Origin: a bacterium
GTDB lineage: Bacteria; RBG-13-61-14; DATKZS01
DNA length: 64,000 bases
Reading direction: 5' to 3'
Assembly (NCBI GenBank): GCA_963674965.2
Contig: CAXXFL010000001.1
Location: 1,550,739 to 1,614,738 of the forward strand
Under the pieces are notes generated by a model. That model saw only the letters and a program-made list of their open reading frames with translations. It ran no database searches and was not told where the DNA came from. Every line of letters starts with the position of its first letter. The stretch's first letter is position 1. The translations under genes were made by a program, and so were the position numbers. This document shows positions 10,752 to 20,272 of this stretch, piece after piece.

Positions 10752-12515
10752 GTTTCTGTTGCACAACTGCTTAATGGCTTTCATTATGCGGTGCGGAGAG
10801 GATATGGACATGCAGATTTTCAGGGCGTCCATAAAGGACGGAAAAGATTTTAACGCTTTCAGGCGAGTTGAATGCCTGAGCCGGCCCTTTTCTATCCTTT
10901 CAAAAAACACCTCTCCTTTTGCTGTTTTTCATTTCCGTTTTTCATTGCCCCCACAGGGGCGCGCCCGGCGGCGGCTAAGTCAGCAGCGCGAGTTTTCGAA
11001 GGTTCCAGGCAAAGAACGAAAGACCCACCCAGGACTTGAAGCTCTCGAAACCTCTCCACAGGCATCGGCTCAGACCGAAGCCGCGAAGAAGGGCGGAAAG
11101 GCCGCCCTCGATCCCGGCCCGGAAGCGAAGAAGCTTCTTGAACCAGCGCTGACGCTCGTGCTCGATCCGCTCCGAACTCCTTTTGCCGGGCTTGGGAATG
11201 GCCAGGCGCTCGATATAATAAGGACCTTCGGTCGCAAGCTTCTCATTGTCCTCATGATAGAAGCGGCGGTCGCCGGTAAACTCGCGTGGAGCCTTGCCGA
11301 ACAGGCGGACGTGTTTTTGCAAAATGTCCTCGAAAAGGTCGGCGTCGGAAGGGTTGCCCTCGCACACTTTATATTGAAGCACAATCCCCGACCTTCCCGT
11401 CGCCGCCATCACCTTGTGACCGAACTCGGTCGGGCTCATGGTCTTGCCTCTCCGGATGATATCAACGTGCGGCTCGAAAACGGAAACCACCTTCTCTTGC
11501 GCGGGAACCTTCTCGCCTTTTATAACCCGCCGCTCGCACTGCTCGACGCACTGCTCAGAAAGCGGCAGGTAATGATCGAGTTCGCTCTTGATCATGGTTG
11601 CCAGGCCCGCATCGCTGAAATAAAGCTCTCCGCCTTTAAGGGCCTCGTCCAGCGCCTCCCGCGCCGAGCGGGCCATGGCCAAGATTTCCGCCGAAACCTT
11701 GAGAAGGTCCCGGTACCAGACCGCCCGTTTCTTCTCGATCCCTTTGCCTTTGCCCATGGCGATCTGGTAAGCGCGCTTCTTGGCCCGCCGAGTCCGGTCA
11801 TGATATTCGAACCCGAGACCCGGCAGCTCCTTCCGCGCTCCTTTCATCAACCGGTCCAATACACGGATGCTGTCAAAAAGAAGCGAAGCGTCGGTCGGAT
11901 AGTGGATGTTGGCCTCGGCCACCGCGGTGTCAGCGCGGACCGCCTCGCCGTCTTCTACTTTTTTTTTAATGGCCAGGGCCACGAGCATTTCGTTGATCCG
12001 CTCCCAGGTCTCGGGGCGGATGCGTTTTATCGCCCGCTCCAGGCTGCTGAAATGGGGAATGTCCCGCCCGAAGAACCTGGTGAACTTGCGGAAATTGTAA
12101 TCGGAACCGAGGCGGTCGCCGAGTTCCCGGTAGGAATAACACTTGAGTTGATAGATGACCGCGCTCCTAAGGACCTGCTCGACGCTCATCCCCTCGGCGC
12201 CGGTCTCCTTGAGTCCGCTTTGGAGATCATCGGCAACAGCTTCCAGAATTTCCTTGGCCTCGTCGAGCGCTATGCTCATCTTCTCAAGCTCAGTGTCTTG
12301 TTTGAAAAGATGGCCCGCTTTCAAAAATTCGTGGTCTTCAATGGTCATTTGCATTTTAATTTTCGGTCGCATTTTTCGCCCCCTTCACAGCATCCCGGCA
12401 AGTCAATCCTTGATTTTTCAAGGAGTTATTGTATCATATCAAGACCAAAAAGGGAAGCGAAAAATGCTTACAGCACATTGTTTTTATTGGCTTTTTCTAG
12501 TTGCGCAACTGGAAC
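10752..12515 (-). mobile_element. Insertion sequence (IS5-like/ISNCY DDE element), 1764 bp, apparently intact
   Basis: Left end GTTTCTGTTGCACAACT (10752-10768) vs reverse complement of right end GTTCCAGTTGCGCAACT (12499-12515), 14/17 identical; direct repeat TAACTA on both sides; single transposase inside. Confidence 0.9.
10975..12372 (-). CDS. DDE transposase (IS5-like/ISNCY)
   Basis: VRADTAVAEANIHYPTDASLL, EKVVSVFEPH..IIRRGK...TEFGHKV, GNPSD, TGDRRF, RFRAGIEGGLS.L.R.FGL.RC. Confidence 0.92.
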   Translation of the reverse strand: MRPKIKMQMTIEDHEFLKAGHLFKQDTELEKMSIALDEAKEILEAVADDLQSGLKETGAEGMSVEQVLRSAVIYQLKCYSYRELGDRLGSDYNFRKFTRFFGRDIPHFSSLERAIKRIRPETWERINEMLVALAIKKKVEDGEAVRADTAVAEANIHYPTDASLLFDSIRVLDRLMKGARKELPGLGFEYHDRTRRAKKRAYQIAMGKGKGIEKKRAVWYRDLLKVSAEILAMARSAREALDEALKGGELYFSDAGLATMIKSELDHYLPLSEQCVEQCERRVIKGEKVPAQEKVVSVFEPHVDIIRRGKTMSPTEFGHKVMAATGRSGIVLQYKVCEGNPSDADLFEDILQKHVRLFGKAPREFTGDRRFYHEDNEKLATEGPYYIERLAIPKPGKRSSERIEHERQRWFKKLLRFRAGIEGGLSALLRGFGLSRCLWRGFESFKSWVGLSFFAWNLRKLALLT

Positions 12516-12570
12516 TAACTAAGTATAAACGCCGATATAAACGGCATATTTCGATAGAGGGAGGATTTGC

Positions 12571-13359
12571 ATGAATTTTATCAAAGGCCGCGCCAATAGG
12601 GCGCCAATCTCGATTTGCCTTGCTTTCCTTGTCTTCTTCGTGGCCGCGTATCCCGCTTTTGCCGAGGGGGTCAACGACGGCAAGAAGCGGGAGTACGTCA
12701 TTCGCCAGGTGGACCAGGGCGCGAAGGACGACAACGCTGACCGAAAATTTTTTAACGTAAACGAGTTTACCACCTGGGTGGAGGAAACGACCTACGAGGG
12801 CCAAAAGGCGTACACCTTTAAAAGGGTGGACAAAACCCTGGAGGGAGACGTCCTGGACTGGACCGTAATCATTTCCGCCTCGGACAACTCCATATATAAA
12901 GTCGAGCGGACCATAACGACGCGGGAGGGAAAGCGTCTCGAGTCCCGGCAGGAGTATTACTCGAACCATTTCCATAAGTACGCGGGCAAGAGTTTTCCAC
13001 CCGTCATGCTTCCCTTCGTCATGCAGTACCTGGACCTGACGGAGGGAGCCTCTCACGAGTGCAGCTTCGTTTTCAGTCCTGAATGGGACGGCTGGCCCAT
13101 GTACCTTCACGTGGAGGGCCGGGAAACCATTACCGTGCCCGCGGGGACTTTCGATTGCATCAAGGTCAGGATCGAGTATAAAAAGGACAACCTGCCCGGC
13201 ATTTTCAAGTATATTCCCAGCTTCATGGCCAAGCGCCTGATTTCCGATCTTTACATGTGGGTGGACGCCGATTCCCCCCACGCCATGGTGAAGCTACAGG
13301 GAAAGATCGAGGGGTTCGCCTCCCCGGAAAAGGTCCAGGAGCTTACAAAGGTCTACTGA
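12571..13359 (+). CDS. Exported protein, DUF3108-like
   Basis: Signal peptide (AFA), C-terminal VEGRETITVPAGTFDCIKV and W(VD)...VKL motifs; RBS GGAGGA. Confidence 0.65.
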   Translation: MNFIKGRANRAPISICLAFLVFFVAAYPAFAEGVNDGKKREYVIRQVDQGAKDDNADRKFFNVNEFTTWVEETTYEGQKAYTFKRVDKTLEGDVLDWTVIISASDNSIYKVERTITTREGKRLESRQEYYSNHFHKYAGKSFPPVMLPFVMQYLDLTEGASHECSFVFSPEWDGWPMYLHVEGRETITVPAGTFDCIKVRIEYKKDNLPGIFKYIPSFMAKRLISDLYMWVDADSPHAMVKLQGKIEGFASPEKVQELTKVY

Positions 13360-13405
13360 AGGGTCTCGCCGGCCCGGGCGACGCGGCCGGGCCGGCTTCT
13401 AAACG

Positions 13406-14023
13406 TCAGTTTCCCAGTTCCTCGTCCACGATTATCACCGTGGTCTGGGTAAGGACCGGACGGCGGTGAAGGATGACCTCGGCCCGGCAGATGCGGACCG
13501 GAGAGTTGCAGTCCGTGCATTTTCCCGTCTCGGCGCAGGGGGTCTTGGCATCGAGTTCCTTGGCCCGGATGGGGGCCGCCACCTTCTTGATCCGCTCCCG
13601 CGCCGCCTCGAGGTCGGGGGCGATCTTGTTCCTGCCCACGATGAAGACGACCTTGCCCGGCCCGAAGATGGTGGGAGACACGCGGTTGCCGAACCCGTCC
13701 ATGTTGACTATCTCGCCGGTCATGGACACGGCGTTGGCCGAGGTCACCACCGCGTCGGCCGTGATCTGCTTTTTCCTTACCATCATGACCTCACCGGGAC
13801 TCAGGCCCTCGTCCCAGTGGTCGAGGACCTCGTTGCCCCTTTCCTTCAGCGCCTCGACTACGCCGATGGCCCGGGCCGAGGCCGAGCCCGGCAGGGAGAC
13901 GCTTCCTTTTTTCGGAATCTCCTTCAAGGCTATCTCGAGCGCCTCGGCCTTGTCCTTGGCGTACTCGGCCTTGAAGCCGTGCTTCTTGAGATTGTCCATC
14001 GTCTTCTGGATTACTTCTTCCAT
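13406..14023 (-). CDS. LUD-domain (LutC/YkgG-like) lactate-utilisation family protein
   Basis: TSANAVSMTGEIVNMDGFGNRV, FGPGKV.FIVGRNKI, TPCAETGKCTDCNSPVRIC. Confidence 0.88.
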   Translation of the reverse strand: MEEVIQKTMDNLKKHGFKAEYAKDKAEALEIALKEIPKKGSVSLPGSASARAIGVVEALKERGNEVLDHWDEGLSPGEVMMVRKKQITADAVVTSANAVSMTGEIVNMDGFGNRVSPTIFGPGKVVFIVGRNKIAPDLEAARERIKKVAAPIRAKELDAKTPCAETGKCTDCNSPVRICRAEVILHRRPVLTQTTVIIVDEELGN

Positions 14024-14152
14024 ACCTGACCCCTCCTTCATCGAGATTACATTTATATATCACGCCCGGCCCCGCTTGGGAAGAAGAAAAAAGCCGCCCC
14101 GGCCATCTTTAGAAAGGCGGAGCGGCCCCCGTGGCCGGTTTATACCCGCGCG

Positions 14153-16162
14153 TCAATGCTCGTAGAGCGACTCGATCTCCCGCTTGTACTTGACGTTTAT
14201 AACGCGGCGCTTGATCTTCTGGGTTGGCGTCAACTCCCCCGTCTCCTCGGCGAAGGGCGCGGGGAGGAGCCTGTAATATTTTATCTGCTCGTAGCGGGCG
14301 AGCTGCTCGTTCACCTTCTTTACCTTCTCGTCGAACATCTCGATCGTCTCGGGCCTGGCGAGCAGTTCCTCCATGCTCGAGTACTTTATGCCCTTGTCCC
14401 TGGCCCATCGCTCGAGCAGCTCGAACTGAGGCACCAAAAGGGCCGAAAGATATTTCCTGGCGTCTCCTATCACGCAGGCCTGCTCGATCATGGTGTCAAG
14501 GGCAAGGAGCATCTCGATGGGATGGGGCGCTATGTTCTTGCCGCCGGCCGTTACGATAAGTTCCTTTTTTCTGTCCGTGATCCTGAGGAACCCGTCCTCG
14601 TCGAACTCTCCTATATCGCCGGTCAGGAAGTAGCCCTCCTCGTTAAAGGCCTCATCCGTCATCTCCGGCTTGTTGAAGTATCCCTTTTCCCTTTTGAATA
14701 TCTGGGGTCCCTTCACCAGTATCTCGCCGTCCTCGGCCAGTTTAATCTCCGTGTTCTTGCAGGGACGGCCGACCGTTCCCGGCTTTTGCACCAGCCGGTG
14801 GACGACGAGGTTGGTGGCCACGAGCAGCTTGAATATGCCCACGGGATGGGCGAAGGGGTTGGTCCCCTGGCTCTGCATGACGACCATGGTGTCGATCAGG
14901 TAATCGAGGGCCTTGGCGTAAAGCCAGTTGTCGGGGATTTTCTCGATGAACTCGAGGCTGTTCCAGGACACGGCGCTGCAGGTCTCGGTCAGGCCGTAGC
15001 CCTCCCCTATCTGGAGGTTCATGGCGCGGAAGAAACGGTTGATTTCCTCGGGAAGGGCCCCGCCCCCGCTGGTGGCGAAGACCAGCCGGTCCAGGCCCGC
15101 CTCTTTTCTGACCTTGTCGTAGACCAGCGTGCCGGCCAGGGCGAACTGGATCGCCAGCCAGGGAGGAAGACGCTTGCCGCTGGACATGCAGTCCACCACC
15201 CTGGCCCCAACCCTGAGGCTCCAGTCCAGGATGGTTTTCCTCGCGCCCGTCATCCTCGAGGAGGTGACGAGGACCATCTCGTAAACCTTCTCGTAAAGGC
15301 GGGGAATGGTGATGAGCATCTGCGGCCGGACCTCGCGGAGGTTCCGGGGCACGGCCTGGTAACTTTCGGCGAAATATATCTGGCCGCCCATGGCCATCAG
15401 CACGTGATACTCGGCGGTGCGGCCGTAGATATGGCAAAGGGGAAGATGGCAAAGCGATAAGAGCCTTATGCCTTGCTCGACCATCTTGTTGGTAATGGTC
15501 GAGTCAAGAAGCATTTCCGTCTCGGCCATGAAATTCGATTGAGTGAGAATAGCTCCCTTGGGCTCGCCCGTGGTACCCGAGGTATAGATTATAGCCGCGT
15601 CGTCATCTGCTGAAAGGTCCGCCCTTCTCGCCTCGAGCTCGGCCGCGGCCGTCGAGGACGACCCGCCTTTTTTCAGGGCGTCGTCATAAGAGATAACCGA
15701 CTCCCCGGCTTTTTCCTTGAGAGGGAACAGGGCCACTATGCAATCCAGAGCGGGAGCGTCGCCCTTTACGTCAAGGACCTGCTGGAGGAGTTTCTCGTCC
15801 CCCACCATGACCATCCTGGCGCCGCAGTCTTTAAGAATATAGCCAAGCTGCTGGTTGGTGCTGGTCGGGTAAATGGGCACGCCCAGGCCACCGGCGGCCT
15901 GAATGGCCTGGTCCGATATCATCCAGCGGGGACCGTTTTGGGAGAAGATAGCCGCCCTGTCGCCCTTGCAAAGGCCCAACTCGATAAGGGCCGCGCCCAG
16001 GGCCTTGACCTGCCGAGCGGTCTCTTCCCAGGAGATGGACTCGTACTTGTCCGTTTTTACTCCGTTTGGCTCTTTGCTCCAGAGGAAGGGGTCCCCTTTA
16101 AATTTTTCCGCTTGTTTAAAAAACAGTCCGCTCAAGGTCCTTTCGGTCAAGTAAGCGTGCAA
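14153..16162 (-). CDS. Long-chain fatty acid--CoA ligase (AMP-forming)
   Basis: IIYTSGTTGEPKG, GEGYGLTET, FLTGDIG, ITDRKKELIVTAGGKNIAP, ELTPTQKIKR; TTG start 7 nt after GGAGGA. Confidence 0.92.
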   Translation of the reverse strand: MHAYLTERTLSGLFFKQAEKFKGDPFLWSKEPNGVKTDKYESISWEETARQVKALGAALIELGLCKGDRAAIFSQNGPRWMISDQAIQAAGGLGVPIYPTSTNQQLGYILKDCGARMVMVGDEKLLQQVLDVKGDAPALDCIVALFPLKEKAGESVISYDDALKKGGSSSTAAAELEARRADLSADDDAAIIYTSGTTGEPKGAILTQSNFMAETEMLLDSTITNKMVEQGIRLLSLCHLPLCHIYGRTAEYHVLMAMGGQIYFAESYQAVPRNLREVRPQMLITIPRLYEKVYEMVLVTSSRMTGARKTILDWSLRVGARVVDCMSSGKRLPPWLAIQFALAGTLVYDKVRKEAGLDRLVFATSGGGALPEEINRFFRAMNLQIGEGYGLTETCSAVSWNSLEFIEKIPDNWLYAKALDYLIDTMVVMQSQGTNPFAHPVGIFKLLVATNLVVHRLVQKPGTVGRPCKNTEIKLAEDGEILVKGPQIFKREKGYFNKPEMTDEAFNEEGYFLTGDIGEFDEDGFLRITDRKKELIVTAGGKNIAPHPIEMLLALDTMIEQACVIGDARKYLSALLVPQFELLERWARDKGIKYSSMEELLARPETIEMFDEKVKKVNEQLARYEQIKYYRLLPAPFAEETGELTPTQKIKRRVINVKYKREIESLYEH

Positions 16163-16535
16163 CTTCTCATCCTCCTTTTACGCCGGGGTGTACTGAAATT
16201 GTAATATTGGGACCGGCTTTTTCAAAACGGACGTTAAAATCCAGCGCGGCCCGGGGCACAGCGGCTTTTCAGGGCAAGGGAAGATTATGGGATAATCCGC
16301 GCGCGGCGAAAATCAAGATGTTATTTTGGTCCCTTTCCGTCCAGTTCGATTATATCCGAATTGGCCGGCAAAAGCATAATCCAAAAATAGAACATGACTT
16401 GCCGCCGGTTCAACCGATGGTGAAAGCTTAATAACAAAAGACCATAACCTTGGATGACGGCCCGCGAACATGCCAATGGCCGCCCCGGTTTCAGGAGGGA
16501 ATCGAAACCGGGACGGCTCGGCCAATAGGAGCGGA

Positions 16536-17813
16536 TTACTTTTTGATTATCTCGATGAACGCCTCGACCCTGGTCTTGAGGACCTGCATGTCCTCCATGC
16601 TGTAGTCGGTCTCGATCTTGAGCATGGGAACGCCCGCGTCTTTAAGGGCTTTTTCCACCTTGAAGGCCTCGCTGGTATAAGGCGCGCAAAACTGGAGGGC
16701 GTAGTGAATCACCCCGTCCACCTCGAGGTCTTTGGCCATTTCGACTATATGCTCGAGCCTTTCATGGTTGGGCGTAAAGCAGGCGCAGTCGATTTTCATG
16801 TACCGGTCGGCGATGGCGTCAATCATGCCGTCAAGAGTCGAGCCCGACTCGTCGACCAGGTCGCGGGTATTCCTGGTACCGATGCACGATTCCTCGCCCA
16901 CGATAACGGCGCCGCTGGACTCGATCACGAAGGGCATCTTCCAGTTGGGCACGGCCATGGGACAACCGGCGAGCATGAGGCGAGGCGTGTCCTTGGCCGC
17001 CACTCCCTCGCCCCTCGAGATTCTTCCCTCGATCTCGTCGCAAAGCTCGTTCATCTTTTGAATGAACCTTGGCGGGTCGTCGTAAAAGGATATCTGGTTG
17101 ATCAAAAGCGCGTCCCTTCCCGAAATGGGGACGGGCAAGGACTTGCGAAGGCGGTTAAGGCGCTGGAGAACCCGGCGCTTGTCGTTGACCAGCTTGATTC
17201 CGGCGGCCAGCTTTTCCGCGGTTATTTTTTTGCCCGAGAGTTCCTCCATCTTTTTGATGAAGCGCTCGATCTCGGACCTCCACATGACCCTGTCCCTCTC
17301 CTCCTTCATGTGGGGAACTTCCATGACGTAAGTTGGGCAGATATCGCTCAGGGCCTCGTAGGCCTTCTTCTTGCCGTCGCAGGTCGTTTCTCCCACCACC
17401 AGGTCGCTGGACTCGATGTAAGGGCAGAGCCCGGCCATCTTGAAGCCCATAAAGGACTTGATCAGCGCGCAGGTGTTTCGAGGCAGCACCTCCTCGGCCT
17501 TGTCCATGCCCGCCTCGGCCCCGGCGCAAAGACCAACGCACACGCCGTCCGCCGCCACTATTATCTCCTCGGGAACGAAAACGCAGAACGTGCCCACCAC
17601 TTTACGGCCGGCTTTCTTCGCCTCCATAAGCTCCTGGATACGAAGACCATGGACCTCGGAAAGCACGAAGTCCAGATACTCGGCCCCTTTCAGACGGCCG
17701 GTCTGAGAAAGATAGATGTCCCCGTAAAACTGGCCCAGCACGGCCAGAAGCCCGTCGTGAGCGGGGATATCAAGGTTCAACTCCTTCCACATCGCCTCGT
17801 AATTTGCACTCAT
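16536..17813 (-). CDS. Double-cubane-cluster-type protein / 2-hydroxyacyl-CoA dehydratase (HgdB/FldB) family
   Basis: MWKELNLD..HD.LL, EVHGLRIQEL, GTFCVFVPEE, GLCAG, PRNTCALIKS, GETTCDGKKK, EESCIGTR, IDCACFTPN, LQFCAPY, IETDYS..D...LKTRVEAF. Confidence 0.85.
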   Translation of the reverse strand: MSANYEAMWKELNLDIPAHDGLLAVLGQFYGDIYLSQTGRLKGAEYLDFVLSEVHGLRIQELMEAKKAGRKVVGTFCVFVPEEIIVAADGVCVGLCAGAEAGMDKAEEVLPRNTCALIKSFMGFKMAGLCPYIESSDLVVGETTCDGKKKAYEALSDICPTYVMEVPHMKEERDRVMWRSEIERFIKKMEELSGKKITAEKLAAGIKLVNDKRRVLQRLNRLRKSLPVPISGRDALLINQISFYDDPPRFIQKMNELCDEIEGRISRGEGVAAKDTPRLMLAGCPMAVPNWKMPFVIESSGAVIVGEESCIGTRNTRDLVDESGSTLDGMIDAIADRYMKIDCACFTPNHERLEHIVEMAKDLEVDGVIHYALQFCAPYTSEAFKVEKALKDAGVPMLKIETDYSMEDMQVLKTRVEAFIEIIKK

Positions 17814-18158
17814 TTTTTCTCTCCTTTCGATTACTAAAGCCGGGAAGTCTCCGGCTGATAAGCGTTTTTCGCCTGGAGAGAATGACTTGATCAGTTAATT
17901 ACGACGGTTTCGATGGACGAGGAGAACAAATTACATGAAGGGCGAACGGTCCTGGCGGAGCGCGGGTTCAATTGGCGTTTAGTCTTCCAGGAAGAACGCT
18001 GGTAATCGTCTCGTCGCGAGATTTTGCTCATGGCAAAATACTCGCCGCCAACGAAACCGGCCATCCTTCCAGGACGACTTGAATTATTCTAGGTCAAACT
18101 CGGCTCCTTTCTTCGACTTTTACATATTATCTCGGAATCCGGGAGCTTTCAAATCGGG

Positions 18159-19826
18159 CTATCCGCCGAGGCATTTTTTCGGCGGGTCTTCCTTTTCCTT
18201 TCTTCGGCGAAGTATCCTTTCGTAAACAAGGGCCATGCATACAAGGCCGAAAACGATCCAGGCGAAGACGTCTCCTATCCTGGTGTAAATGGAATGAATC
18301 GACGAGGTCTTGACGCTCCCGTTAAAAGAGGCTTTTTCATAGATGGGCGTGGAGACGATTATCCTTCCCACCGGGTCCACTATGGAGGACACGCCCGTGT
18401 TGGCGGCCCTGGCGTAATAAACGCGGTTCTCGACGGCGCGGAAGACAACGGCCGCGTGGTGCTGGTAAGGCGCGCCGGTCTTGCCGAACCAGGCGTCGTT
18501 GGTAATGGTGGTCATGAAGACGGCGCCTTTATTGACCAGCTTGCGGTTTATGTCGGGGAAGATGACCTCATAGCAGATAACGCAACCGAAGTAGCCGTCG
18601 GGCAGGGGAAATATTTTAAGTTCCTCCCCCGGCGTGGTGCTTCCCGTGTTGCCCTGGGCGATGGCGTCGGCGAAGAAAAAGAGACTGGCGTAGGGAACGT
18701 ACTCCCCGAACGGCACCAGGTGAGTTTTGTCGTACCTTCCCAGGTTTTCCCTCGCGAAGGGAGAAAGCAGATAGGCGCTGTTATAGCCGTATCTTTTCTC
18801 TCCCTCCCGTCTTACGCTGAGAGAGCCCGTCAGCAGGTAGGCGTCTATCCCCGAGATATAGTCGATGAGAAAGCTTCGCCTCTCCCAGTGCTCGTTGAAA
18901 TTTCCCACCGTAATAGCGGCCTCCGGCCAGATTACAAGGCGCGGGCGCCCGGCCATGAGCCCGCGCGTTAAGTCCAGGTGGTCGTCAAGGGACTTGTAGA
19001 AGTTGTCCCGCTCCCACTTCACGGCCTGGTCCACGTTGGCCTGGACCACGCCTATCTTGATCTCGGGCCGCCCGGCGAAGGCGGCGTCCACCGATTTGAT
19101 ACGGACCTGCCCATAGGCGAGCGCCAGAAGAAAAAGAAGGAGCGCGGGAGCCGCGGGAAGGAGGGCGGCCTTAAGGCTTTTGGCCTTGCCCGGGGCCGGG
19201 GAGGGGACCCGCGCCTCAAGGCCGGGAACGGCGGAGCCTACTCTTATCGAACCCTCGAGTCCCATGCCCCGCGCCAACAGGTGGGCCAGGGACGCGTTGA
19301 CGAGAACGATTAAAAAAGTCAATCCATATACGCCGAAAACGTCGGTCATCTGGATGATGGGAAGGAATTTATACTGGGAATGGGCCAGGAACGCCCAGGG
19401 GAAACCGCCGAAGGGGACATGGCCGCGCAAAAGCTCGATCGCGGTCCAGGCCGCCGGGGCCGAAAGTAGCGGAGGGACTCCAAGACCGTTCTCCAGCTTG
19501 TAACGGATAATGCCGAACAGGCCCAGAAAAGCCGACAGGGTAAGCGCCATGGCGAAAAGAACGAAGATGGAAATACCGTAGCCCATGCCGGCGTAAACGT
19601 GAAAGGTGTGAATGAGCCAATGGAAGGTCGTCGGGTATCCGGTAAGGCCCAGACAGCCGGAGATGAGAGCGGCGTGACCGGCCGAGCGGGCTTCCCGCAG
19701 TCCGAAGAAAAGCGGAACCATGAAAAGCCACGCCAGCGGCCAAAGGTGGACACCCAAAATATTGGGAAAAAGGAAAAAATAAAGGACCCCGCTGAGTCCC
19801 GCGAGCAGATAGGGCTTGAACCTCAA
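18159..19826 (-). CDS. lnt: Apolipoprotein N-acyltransferase
   Basis: GGFPW, VIWPEAA, YDKTHLVPFGEYVP, ICYEVIFP, ITNDAWFG, RAVENR, RAANTGVS. Confidence 0.95.
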   Translation of the reverse strand: MRFKPYLLAGLSGVLYFFLFPNILGVHLWPLAWLFMVPLFFGLREARSAGHAALISGCLGLTGYPTTFHWLIHTFHVYAGMGYGISIFVLFAMALTLSAFLGLFGIIRYKLENGLGVPPLLSAPAAWTAIELLRGHVPFGGFPWAFLAHSQYKFLPIIQMTDVFGVYGLTFLIVLVNASLAHLLARGMGLEGSIRVGSAVPGLEARVPSPAPGKAKSLKAALLPAAPALLLFLLALAYGQVRIKSVDAAFAGRPEIKIGVVQANVDQAVKWERDNFYKSLDDHLDLTRGLMAGRPRLVIWPEAAITVGNFNEHWERRSFLIDYISGIDAYLLTGSLSVRREGEKRYGYNSAYLLSPFARENLGRYDKTHLVPFGEYVPYASLFFFADAIAQGNTGSTTPGEELKIFPLPDGYFGCVICYEVIFPDINRKLVNKGAVFMTTITNDAWFGKTGAPYQHHAAVVFRAVENRVYYARAANTGVSSIVDPVGRIIVSTPIYEKASFNGSVKTSSIHSIYTRIGDVFAWIVFGLVCMALVYERILRRRKEKEDPPKKCLGG

Positions 19827-20272
19827 GAATCTTCCTCCATTCTCGCCAGCTCGGCCAGGATCGAGCGCTCCTTCTTTTTCATCTTGGCGGATTGCGCTCC
19901 GCCGCGTACATGATCGTATCCGAGGAGGTGGAGCACGCCATGGACCAACAGGGCGTCGATTTCCGCCTCGAGGGTATGGCCAATTTTATCGGCTTGCCTC
20001 TTGGCGGCGTCCAGTGAAATAACCACGTCTCCGATGAAGTCGGTTGGAAACCTCTCCCCCTCGAGTTGGCTGAAGGACAAAACGTCGGTGGGGGCGTCCA
20101 CGTGGCGCCACTCGAGGTTGAGTTTCCTGATGGTTTCGTCGTCCGTAAGCAGGAGGCTGACTGATCGGTCTTCACATTCCAAGACGCTTAATATGGTCTT
20201 CAGGCTCTTCCGAATCCTTCTTACGCTCGTCCTTGCCCTCGGCTTTCCCTCTTTCCTTATTTCCAGCCCCAT
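19823..20272 (-). CDS. ybeY: rRNA maturation endoribonuclease YbeY
   Basis: PTDVLSF, GDVVIS, LLVHGVLHLLGYDH. Confidence 0.95.
   Translation of the reverse strand: MGLEIRKEGKPRARTSVRRIRKSLKTILSVLECEDRSVSLLLTDDETIRKLNLEWRHVDAPTDVLSFSQLEGERFPTDFIGDVVISLDAAKRQADKIGHTLEAEIDALLVHGVLHLLGYDHVRGGAQSAKMKKKERSILAELARMEEDS

Noticed and set aside
10759-12522. 587-aa plus-strand ORF spanning almost the whole IS
   Set aside because: Codon-aligned antisense shadow of the transposase; no motifs, no RBS, and its ends fall in the IR and TSD.
17890-18031. Small 46-codon minus-strand ORF upstream of the double-cubane gene
   Set aside because: No RBS or motif; length consistent with chance.
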